DNA from: an uncultured Gaiellales bacterium
GTDB taxonomy: Bacteria > Actinomycetota > Thermoleophilia > Gaiellales > Gaiellaceae
DNA: 64,000 bases
Direction: 5' to 3'
Assembly: GCA_964578545.1 (NCBI GenBank)
Contig: CAZODN010000001.1
Location: 8,139-72,138 of the forward strand
Shown here: positions 55,515 through 62,217 of the stretch, piece by piece
Layout: the number at the start of each line of letters is the position of its first letter
Numbering within the stretch: position 1 is the stretch's first letter
Notes under the pieces: generated by a model
What the model was told of the DNA's origin: nothing
Databases searched by the model: none
Seen by the model: only the letters and a program-made list of their open reading frames with translations
Position numbers and translations under genes: made by a program

Positions 55515-56195
55515 GTGAGGTCGGCACTCGTCACCGGCGGCTCCTCCGGGATCGGGCTCGCGCTCGCGCGCATGCTGCGCGAGGACGGGTACGAGCTCAC
55601 CCTCGTGGCACGCCGGCCCGAGCCTCTCGCCGAGGCGGCCTCCGAGCTCGGCGCCCTGGCGGTGGCGGCGAACCTCGGCGATCCCGACGAGTGCGTTCGC
55701 GCTGTCGCCGCGCACGCCGAGCGCTACGGCGGGCTGAGCGTGCTCGTCAACTCGGCCGGCATCGGGATCGGCGGGTCGTTCGCGGAGCAGGACACGAAGC
55801 GCATCGGCCTCCAGCTCGACGTGAACCTGCGCGCGACGCTCGTCGTGACCCGCGAGGCGCTCCCTCTCCTTCGCGCCTCCCACGGCCACGTGATCACGCT
55901 CGCATCGATCGCCGGGACGATCCCGACCCCCGGGCTCGCCGTCTACGGGGCGACGAAGGCGGCGCTCATCGCCTTCACGCGCTCGCTGAACCGCGAGGAG
56001 GCCGAGCACGGCGTGCGCGCGACCGCGATCTCGCCCGCCTTCGTCGCGACGAGGATGACCGAGTGGACGGGGCTCCCGGACGAGGAGCAGATCCAGCCGG
56101 AGGACATCGTCGAGCTCGTGCGCGCCGTCCTCCGCCTGAGCCCGAAGGCGCGCGTGCCGAACATCGTCGTCGAGCGCGTCGGCGACGAGGTCTGA
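55515..56195 (+). CDS. Short-chain dehydrogenase/reductase (SDR)
   Basis: From GTG 55515: RSALVTGGSSGIGLALA...NSAGIG...SIAGTIPTPGLAVYGATKAAL shows the TGxxxGxG and YxxxK motifs. Confidence 0.85.
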   Translation: MRSALVTGGSSGIGLALARMLREDGYELTLVARRPEPLAEAASELGALAVAANLGDPDECVRAVAAHAERYGGLSVLVNSAGIGIGGSFAEQDTKRIGLQLDVNLRATLVVTREALPLLRASHGHVITLASIAGTIPTPGLAVYGATKAALIAFTRSLNREEAEHGVRATAISPAFVATRMTEWTGLPDEEQIQPEDIVELVRAVLRLSPKARVPNIVVERVGDEV

Positions 56196-56231
56196 CGCGA
56201 CGCGTCGAGCCCTGGCGGCGTCGGCCGCGCG

Positions 56232-57071
56232 TTACTTCTCGATCGGGACGTCGACGAGGTTCCCCCACTCCGTCCAGGACCCGTCGTAGTTCCGCACCCG
56301 CTCGTAGCCGAGCAGCTCGCGGAGCACGAACCACGTGTGCGCCGACCGCTCGCCGATCCGGCAGTACGCGCGAACCTCCTTGTCGGGGGTGACGCCCTGG
56401 GAGGCGTAGATCTCGCGCAGCTCGTCGAGGTTCTTGAAGGTGCCGTCGTCCCGGACCGCGGTCGCCCACGGGATCGACCGTGCCCCCGGGATGTGGCCCG
56501 AGCGCGACGCGCCCTCCTGCTCGTACCCGGGGGGAGCGACGAGCTCGCCCGCGTACTCCTGCGGGCTACGGACGTCCACGAGCACGACCCCGGGGTCATC
56601 GAGACCGGCGAGGACGTCGTCGCGCCGGACGCGGATGGACTCGTCGAGCTCCGGCGCCGTGTACGAGGCGGGCGCAGGCCGCGGCAGCGCGATCGTGAGC
56701 CCCCGGCCCTCGTCGATCCACTTCTGCCTGCCGCCGTCGAGCAGGCGGACGTCGCGGTGCCCGTAGACCTTGAGGTACCAGTACGCGTACGCCGCGAACC
56801 AGTTGTTCTTGTCCCCGTAGAGCACGACGGTCGTGTCGTTCGAGATCCCGCGCTCGCTCATGAGGCGCTCGAACTGCTCCCTGGGGACGACGTCGCGGAC
56901 GAGCGCGTGCTGGAGGTCTTCCTTCCAGTGGAGCTTGACCGCCCCCGGGATGTGCCCGTCCTCGTAGAGGTCCGGGTCCTCGTCGACCTCGGCGACGACC
57001 ACGGAGGGGTCGTCGAGGTGCTCTGCGAGCCAGTCCGTCGTGACGAGCACGTGGGAGGTCGAGACGCTCAT
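56232..57071 (-). CDS. Thiosulfate sulfurtransferase (two rhodanese domains, CysA/SseB-like)
   Basis: From ATG 57071: [49 protein letters not shown]...[15 protein letters not shown] has the active-site loop. Confidence 0.88.
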   Translation of the reverse strand: MSVSTSHVLVTTDWLAEHLDDPSVVVAEVDEDPDLYEDGHIPGAVKLHWKEDLQHALVRDVVPREQFERLMSERGISNDTTVVLYGDKNNWFAAYAYWYLKVYGHRDVRLLDGGRQKWIDEGRGLTIALPRPAPASYTAPELDESIRVRRDDVLAGLDDPGVVLVDVRSPQEYAGELVAPPGYEQEGASRSGHIPGARSIPWATAVRDDGTFKNLDELREIYASQGVTPDKEVRAYCRIGERSAHTWFVLRELLGYERVRNYDGSWTEWGNLVDVPIEK

Positions 57072-57107
57072 CCTCGCCGGCGAGCCTAGCAACGGCTCTC
57101 GCGACGG

Positions 57108-58028
57108 TCAGCCGGTGGCGAGCTTCTCCAGGACCGCGCCCTCGAGCTCCCTGACCGAGACCGCCCCCTCGAACCGCTCGACGATCCGGCCGTCGCGGTC
57201 GACGAGGAACGTCCACGGCTCCGTGTCGAGCTTCCACTCGCGCAGCCAGCGATTGAGGCCCTTCGTCGGGTCGTTGCCCTCGTAGACCTCGACGTGGATG
57301 AAGCGGACGCCGCTCCCGTCGAGCCGGCGCGCGACCTCCTCGACGACGTCCACGGTCGGCCCGCACGTCCTGCTCGTGCAGAACTTCGGAGTCGCGAAGG
57401 TGACGACGAAGGGGACGTGCGCGTCGAGCGACTCGGCGACGGAGTGCTCGAGCAAGGTCTCGTCCGGCGGCGTCCGGGTCGTCAGCTTCGCGAGATCGCC
57501 GCCCGTCGAGCGAATCGTGGGGGTCTCCGAGCGGGGAGCCGGATCGCCGACGTCGGGCTCCGGGTTCTCCGTCCGCACGACGACGTTCCCGAGCGCCTGC
57601 ACCTGCTCGCCGCCGCCTTCGGGCTCCGCGAGGAGCCAGTACGTGCCGGGGTTGGGCAGGCGCAACCGGGCGACGTAGATGTGGCTCGCGTCCGCCTCGG
57701 CGCCCCCGGGGACGCCGATCCGCTCGAGCTTCGCCTCGGTCTCGAGGAAGGGCACGGCATCGAGGGCGGTGGCGACCCAGACGCGGGCCGTCGGCAGCGT
57801 GACGGGACGGCCCTCGGCGTCCACGACGAGGAACGAGACGCGAACCTCGCCGGGCCCGTGACTCTGGGTCCCGGCGACGACGGCCACGTCGTCGCCGGGA
57901 GCCCGCCAGAGCTCTTCGAGCGTCTCGCCACCACCCGCTCCTCTCGCGGTCGCAGGCTCCTCGTCCGAGGCGCCGCAGCCGACGAGGAGCACGCACGACA
58001 GCGCGGTCACTGCCGCAGCGAGGCGCAT
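57108..58028 (-). CDS. Lipoprotein with a C-terminal thioredoxin-like (redoxin/TlpA-type) domain
   Basis: MRLAAAVTALSCVLLVGCGA carries a lipobox. The C-terminal part is VPFVVTFATPKFCTSRTCGPTVD...FIHVEVY. I do not recognise the N-terminal roughly 150 aa domain. Confidence 0.7.
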   Translation of the reverse strand: MRLAAAVTALSCVLLVGCGASDEEPATARGAGGGETLEELWRAPGDDVAVVAGTQSHGPGEVRVSFLVVDAEGRPVTLPTARVWVATALDAVPFLETEAKLERIGVPGGAEADASHIYVARLRLPNPGTYWLLAEPEGGGEQVQALGNVVVRTENPEPDVGDPAPRSETPTIRSTGGDLAKLTTRTPPDETLLEHSVAESLDAHVPFVVTFATPKFCTSRTCGPTVDVVEEVARRLDGSGVRFIHVEVYEGNDPTKGLNRWLREWKLDTEPWTFLVDRDGRIVERFEGAVSVRELEGAVLEKLATG

Positions 58029-58055
58029 ACGCGCCCGAGTGTAGCCGCGGTTCGG

Positions 58056-58151
58056 CTAGTTCCCGTCGGGCCAGGACGCCATCCCGAACTTGCCAAGCCA
58101 AGCGGCCAGCAAGGCCAGGTTGACGAGCAGCAGCAGCAGCCTCGGCTTCAT
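58056..58151 (-). CDS. Unannotated 31-codon ORF encoding a signal-peptide-like small peptide MKPRLLLLLVNLALLAAWLGKFGMASWPDGN
   Basis: The ORF is below the track size cut-off. ATG 58151..58149 is preceded by GAGAGGAGG with a 5-nt spacer, and starts 14 nt after the TAA of the XRE-TPR gene. 29 of 31 codons end in G/C, as in real genes here. The peptide has a basic N-terminus, a Leu-rich core and a polar C-terminal tail. Confidence 0.45.
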   Translation of the reverse strand: MKPRLLLLLVNLALLAAWLGKFGMASWPDGN

Positions 58152-58165
58152 GGCGACCTCCTCTC

Positions 58166-59539
58166 TTAGAAGCGGATTTCCTGAAGTGCCTCGGCGGCAC
58201 TCCGGTAGAGACGTGCGGCCCCGCGGTCGTCTCCTCGACGCGCCGCGAGATCACCCAGTGCGACCCACGCCTCCGCCCGGTGGCTGATCGACGCCATCTG
58301 CTCAGCAGCCGCGTCAGCCGCCCGGAAACACTCTTCCGCCTCGTCGAGCCGTCCCCGCTCCATCAACGCTCGCCCCAGAACGAGCTGCGAGGGACTGACT
58401 TCGTGGAGGTAGTCCACCCGGTCCCGCAGGAGCCCCAACGCCTGCCGGGCCAGGTCCTCCGCCTGGTCGTACTCGCCACGGTTCAGGTGAACCCTGGCTA
58501 TCCCCTCGAGCGCCTGAGCGGCGTCGGCAGGGGAATCCGAGTCCAGCGCCCGTGCATAGGACGCCTTCAAGTGCTCGACGGCGTTCTCCTCGTCACCCAG
58601 CATGAGCGTGAGGCCGCCGAGCATCAGCAGCAGCCGACCGACGTTGCGCTCGTCGTTCAGCTGCCCGTACAGCTCCTTCGCGCGCTGCGCGTAGCTGCGC
58701 GAGAGCACGTAGTGCCCCTGGCGCTGCGCGATGAGCGACGCCTGGAAGTACGCGTTCGCGATCGACGCTCGGTCGCCCACGTCCTGCGCGAGCTCGAGCG
58801 AGCGCTCGACGTCGTCGCGGGCGGCGACGTAGTCGCGCAGGCGGCGGTGGCACCGCGACCGCCACTGCAGCACGTCCGAGCGGAGCACGTCCGCCGGAAG
58901 GCCGCTGCGCTCGGCGAGCTCCAGCGCCTCGTCGAAGAGCGCGATCGCGCTCGAGATGCTCGAGAGCTTGTACCGGCACACGCCGAGCCGGAACAGGAGG
59001 TCCGCCCGGTCGAGGTCGGAGAACTCGGGCCGCTCGGCGAGGCCGCGCGCGCGCTGAAGGAGCTCGATCGCCTCCCGCTGAGCGCCGACCTCCTGGAGCG
59101 CCCACGCCTCGATCGCGAGCGACCGCACCTCGAGCGACGCGACCCCGGCCCGCTCGACGTTCGGCCGGATGCCCTCGACGACCTCGAGCGACTCCTCGTA
59201 GCGATGGGCCTCGAGCAGCGCCTCGGCGCGGGAGAGCTCCGCCTCCACCATCGTGCGCTCCTCGGTGGAGACACCCGACGCGAGGAAGGACGCGTCGACG
59301 CCGAGCTGCTCGGCGAGGATCGCGAGCGTCGCCTCCGTCGGGCGCGTCTTGCCGCGCTCGATCTGGCTGATGTACTCCTTCGAGAAGCGTCCGGCGGCGA
59401 GCTGGCTCTGGGTGAGGCCGGCCGCGACGCGGAGCTCCCGGACGCGCTCGCCGACCCGGGCTGCGCTCGTCCGGACGCCGGCAGGCGAAGCCGTGTCGGA
59501 GACCATCGTGGGCGTGCGCGGCTGCTCGGTCATTCCCAT
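58166..59539 (-). CDS. XRE-family HTH regulator fused to a roughly 9-repeat TPR domain (about 457 aa)
   Basis: The HTH is VGERVRELRVAAGLTQSQLAAGRFSKEYISQIERGKTRPTEATLAILAEQLGV. Repeated 34-aa TPR-like units follow to the C-terminus. Start at ATG 59539 or 59533. The upstream part of the track ORF is implausible. Confidence 0.85.
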   Translation of the reverse strand: MGMTEQPRTPTMVSDTASPAGVRTSAARVGERVRELRVAAGLTQSQLAAGRFSKEYISQIERGKTRPTEATLAILAEQLGVDASFLASGVSTEERTMVEAELSRAEALLEAHRYEESLEVVEGIRPNVERAGVASLEVRSLAIEAWALQEVGAQREAIELLQRARGLAERPEFSDLDRADLLFRLGVCRYKLSSISSAIALFDEALELAERSGLPADVLRSDVLQWRSRCHRRLRDYVAARDDVERSLELAQDVGDRASIANAYFQASLIAQRQGHYVLSRSYAQRAKELYGQLNDERNVGRLLLMLGGLTLMLGDEENAVEHLKASYARALDSDSPADAAQALEGIARVHLNRGEYDQAEDLARQALGLLRDRVDYLHEVSPSQLVLGRALMERGRLDEAEECFRAADAAAEQMASISHRAEAWVALGDLAARRGDDRGAARLYRSAAEALQEIRF

Positions 59540-59619
59540 CCCAGTCAACCCGAGGAAGACGCCGGACGCGCTCCCCCGGGAGGGGGATGTGGCCGGGTGC
59601 TCCTGGGTCAACCAAGCAT

Positions 59620-59649
59620 ACTTGAAATCACTTGACAGAGCTACTTGAC
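59620..59649. promoter_or_regulatory. Three direct repeats ACTTGA(A/C) (59620, 59630, 59643) in the AT-richest patch of the window (candidate regulator sites)
   Basis: The sequence is catACTTGAAatcACTTGACagagctACTTGACt. The third copy contains the -35 box of the orphan promoter. Confidence 0.3.
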
Positions 59650-59673
59650 TTTTTCGGACCTGGCCCCTATAGT
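59645..59673 (+). promoter_or_regulatory. Near-consensus sigma-70-type promoter TTGACT-17 nt-TATAGT with no protein gene downstream
   Basis: TTGACT lies at 59645..59650 and TATAGT at 59668..59673, with an exact 17-nt spacer. Such an element is very unlikely by chance in sequence this GC-rich. Confidence 0.55.
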
Positions 59674-59679
59674 CAGGCC

Positions 59680-59855
59680 CACACCGCACCGATCGGACGC
59701 CAGATCGGATGCGTGGCACCACCGCCGGAGCAGCCGGCGGGCGCAGGAAGAGCGTGGCTGGGCCGCAGAGCCACGACTCTCCGGCTCGCCGACCCGGGAA
59801 GGGGTCGCCTCGAACGGAAAACGCCCCCGGAGCCGCAGCCGGGGGCGTTTTCACA
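59680..59855 (+). ncRNA. Candidate roughly 175-nt structured small RNA (promoter to intrinsic terminator), class unknown
   Basis: Four internal hairpins have exact arms: CCGATC/GATCGG at 59689/59703, CCGCCGG/CCGGCGG at 59722/59734, CGTGGCT/AGCCACG at 59753/59769 and CGACCC/GGGTCG at 59790/59802. The terminator at 59817..59852 closes the unit. The only ORF (59709..59858) has no Shine-Dalgarno sequence and weak third-position GC bias. Confidence 0.4.
59817..59852. terminator. Bidirectional intrinsic terminator GAAAACGCCCCCGG-agccgcag-CCGGGGGCGTTTTC
   Basis: 14-bp perfect arms, flanked by an A-run and a T-run. Confidence 0.7.
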
Positions 59856-60218
59856 TGACGGGGGAACCCATGGTTCCCCCGTCAGCCCCCTCCTTCGCCG
59901 CCCGTCACGGCTCAGCCGCACTCAGCCTCCCGGGCACATGGAGTGCCCTCCGGCCTCGGCCCCTGCTCCATCGCTCAGCGCGAGCCCGAGAGCCAGCGGT
60001 GGCCCTGCTCGAGGAGCGCGGCGACGCGCTCAGCCCTGACGGGGGAACCCATGGTTCCCCCGTCAGCCCCCTCCTTCGCCGCCCGTCACGGCTCAGCCGC
60101 ACTCAGCCTCCCGGGCACATGGAGTGCCCTCCGGCCTCGGCCCCTACTCCACGGCTCAGTGCTCGCCGGCGAGCCAGCGGTGGCGTTGCTCGAGGATCGC
60201 GGCGAAGTCCTCGGCCGA
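59856..60218. repeat. Tandem direct repeat, 2 x 181 bp. The first 109 bp are identical and carry a 12-bp-arm hairpin; the remainder is diverged and corresponds to the 3' end of the TetR gene
   Basis: 59856..59964 equals 60037..60145 exactly. This stretch includes GACGGGGGAACC-cat-GGTTCCCCCGTC at 59857..59883 and 60038..60064, and GGGCAC-atgga-GTGCCC. The following roughly 70 bp differ at many positions. On the minus strand, copy 1 reads AERVAALLEQGHRWLSGSR* and the live TetR C-terminus reads AEDFAAILEQRHRWLAGEH*. Confidence 0.9.
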
Positions 60219-60755
60219 GAGGAGGCCTCCGAGCCGGTCCGCGACGGAGACGAGCATGATCGCACCGACGAAGATCCACGCCTCGGCGTCCGCGTCCCGG
60301 TCCCGGTGCACGACCCCCGCCTCCTGCATGCGCCGCACGAAGTCGGCGAAGAAGCCGTGCACCTCCCGCATGTGCCGGCGGACGTGCTTGCGGATCTCCG
60401 GGTCCTCCCCGGCCTCGGTGATCGCCTGGAGCCACAGGCTCGGGAGGAGGAACCGCGTCTCACGGAGCGCGGCCGGCGTGATCGAGCGCAGCCCCGCGAC
60501 GGGACCGAGCTCGTCGATCTGCGACTCGATGCGCACGCGGATCCGTCTCCACGCCTCGTCGAGGCACGCGAAGTAGAGGTCGCGCTTCGACGCGAAGTGC
60601 CGGTACAGGATCGGCTCCGAGATTCCCGCCGCACGCGCGATGTCGGCGGTCGTGGCCCCTGCGTAGCTCCCCTCCGAGAACACGCGCAGCGCAGCGTCGA
60701 CGATCGCCCTCCGCCTCTCGGCCGCAGGGAGCCGCGCCGCCGTTCCAGGCTTCAC
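60156..60755 (-). CDS. TetR/AcrR family transcriptional regulator
   Basis: RRAIVDAALRVFSEGSYAGATTADIARAAGISEPILYRHFASKRDLYFACL. It has a GTGA overlap with the upstream MFS stop. Confidence 0.88.
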   Translation of the reverse strand: MKPGTAARLPAAERRRAIVDAALRVFSEGSYAGATTADIARAAGISEPILYRHFASKRDLYFACLDEAWRRIRVRIESQIDELGPVAGLRSITPAALRETRFLLPSLWLQAITEAGEDPEIRKHVRRHMREVHGFFADFVRRMQEAGVVHRDRDADAEAWIFVGAIMLVSVADRLGGLLSAEDFAAILEQRHRWLAGEH

Positions 60756-62182
60756 GCCGCCGGCTCCGGCGCGACCCCATCCGGGGGCCGCCCGGCCTCC
60801 TCGTGCGGTCGCACGAGGGTGAACGCGACGACCGCTCCTGCGGCGGCGACCACGCCGGCGACGAGCAGCGCCCGCTCGAAGCCGTCCATGAACCCGGCCG
60901 GATCCGGGACGGCGCCCATCTGCGACGCCACGACTGCACCCATCACGGCGATGCCCATCGTCCCGCCGACCTGCCGCGAGGTGTTGAGCACCGCCGAGCC
61001 GATGCCGGCCTTGTCGACGGGGACCGCGCGCGTCGCTGCGGCCGCGCTCGGAGTCATCGTCAAGGCCATCCCGACCCCGCCGATGAGGAGCGACGGCAGG
61101 AGATGCCAGTAAGTGGCATCGGCACCGAGCTGGGAGAAGAGGAAGAGCTGGAACGAGATGAGCGCCATGCCTGCCGTCATCAGCCCCCTCGAGCCGAACC
61201 GGTCGGCTGCCCTCCCCGCCATCGGCGCGACGAGGATAATCAGCACGGTCATCGGCAGGAACGCAGCGCCCGCCTGCACCGGCGAGTAGCCGAGGATGTT
61301 CTGCATGTAGAGGGAGACGAAGAAGAACACCCCGAACATGGCGAGCGCGACGAGGAGCATGGTGAGGTTCGCGCCGGTGTACGTGCGGTTCCGGAAGAAC
61401 TCGAGCGGGAGCATCGGCGCTCGCTGGTGGCGCTCGAGGAGCACGAAGGCGGTCAGCGCGACCGCCGCGACGGCGAACGAGCCGAGGATCCTCGGCGAGG
61501 TCCAGCCGTACGAGTTCGCCTCGATCAGCCCGTACGTGAGCGCGAACAGCCCGAGCCCGGACGTCGCGAGGCCCGGGAGGTCGAGGCGCTCGTGGGTCTC
61601 GTCTCGCGACTCGTCGATGAGCAGGAAGCTCGCGACCACGCCGAGGATGCCGATCGGGACGTTGATGAAGAAGATCCAGCTCCAGTCAAGGTGCTCCGTG
61701 ATCAGCCCGCCGACGAGGGGGCCGATCGCGAGAGCGAGCGCCGACACCCCGGCCCAGATCCCGATCGCGGCGCCGCGCTCCCGGGGCGGGAACGTCGCGG
61801 CGATGATGGAGAGCGTGGCGGGGTTCATCAGGGCAGCGCCGGCGCCCTGCAGCACGCGGGCGCCGATGAGCATCTCGCTCGTGCTCGCGAGCCCGCAGAG
61901 GAGCGAGGCGACGGTGAAGACGACGATCCCGACGACGAAGATCAGCCGCCGGCCGTACGCGTCGGCGACCTTCCCGCCGACGAGCATGAGGGCCGCGAAC
62001 GTGAGGGCGTAGCCGGTGACGATCCACTGGAGCTCCGAGAGGTCGGCGTGCAGGTCGCGCTCGATCGACGGCAGCGCCACGTTCACGACCGTGTTGTCGA
62101 GCATGATCATGAACAGGCCGACCGAGACGGCCGCCAGTGTGAGCCACTTCCGGTTCTCCTCTGCGAAGATCCGTGCCTTCAT
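60752..62182 (-). CDS. MFS transporter, DHA2 (EmrB/QacA, 14-TMS) type
   Basis: MKARIFAEENRKWLTLAAVSVGLFMIMLDNTVVNVALPSIERDLHADLSELQWIVTGYALTFAALMLVGGKVADAYGRR. Confidence 0.9.
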   Translation of the reverse strand: MKARIFAEENRKWLTLAAVSVGLFMIMLDNTVVNVALPSIERDLHADLSELQWIVTGYALTFAALMLVGGKVADAYGRRLIFVVGIVVFTVASLLCGLASTSEMLIGARVLQGAGAALMNPATLSIIAATFPPRERGAAIGIWAGVSALALAIGPLVGGLITEHLDWSWIFFINVPIGILGVVASFLLIDESRDETHERLDLPGLATSGLGLFALTYGLIEANSYGWTSPRILGSFAVAAVALTAFVLLERHQRAPMLPLEFFRNRTYTGANLTMLLVALAMFGVFFFVSLYMQNILGYSPVQAGAAFLPMTVLIILVAPMAGRAADRFGSRGLMTAGMALISFQLFLFSQLGADATYWHLLPSLLIGGVGMALTMTPSAAAATRAVPVDKAGIGSAVLNTSRQVGGTMGIAVMGAVVASQMGAVPDPAGFMDGFERALLVAGVVAAAGAVVAFTLVRPHEEAGRPPDGVAPEPAA

Positions 62183-62203
62183 GCATCCTCTCCAGTCGAT
62201 AAG

Positions 62204-62217
62204 TTAGTGGACACTAA
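62204..62217. promoter_or_regulatory. Palindrome TTAGTG-ga-CACTAA between the MFS start and the synthetase gene (candidate TetR operator)
   Basis: 6-bp exact arms, nested in the outer pair AGTTAG...CTAACT. It overlaps the candidate GTG start at 62207. Confidence 0.35.

Noticed and set aside
59680-59855. Identity of the small RNA as 6S RNA, SRP RNA, or a TPP, cobalamin or guanidine riboswitch
   Set aside because: There is no 5'/3' closing helix with a central bubble as in 6S RNA. There is no GGAA-tetraloop/AGCAGCC domain IV context as in SRP RNA. Only fragmentary resemblance exists to riboswitch core motifs, and no downstream gene is present on that strand. The class is left unknown.
59709-59858. 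49-codon ORF (MRGTTAGAAGGRRKSVAG...) inside the candidate small RNA
   Set aside because: It has no Shine-Dalgarno sequence, and 14 of 48 codons end in A/T, against 2 of 31 in the nearby small ORF and very few in real genes here. The reading frame runs straight through the terminator hairpin and the composition is Gly/Ala/Arg-rich. It cannot be fully excluded without Ribo-seq.
59856-60218. CRISPR-like or satellite array
   Set aside because: There are only two units of 181 bp, with no short repeat/spacer alternation. Part of the unit is homologous to the TetR coding end. I treat it as a tandem duplication or repeated element.
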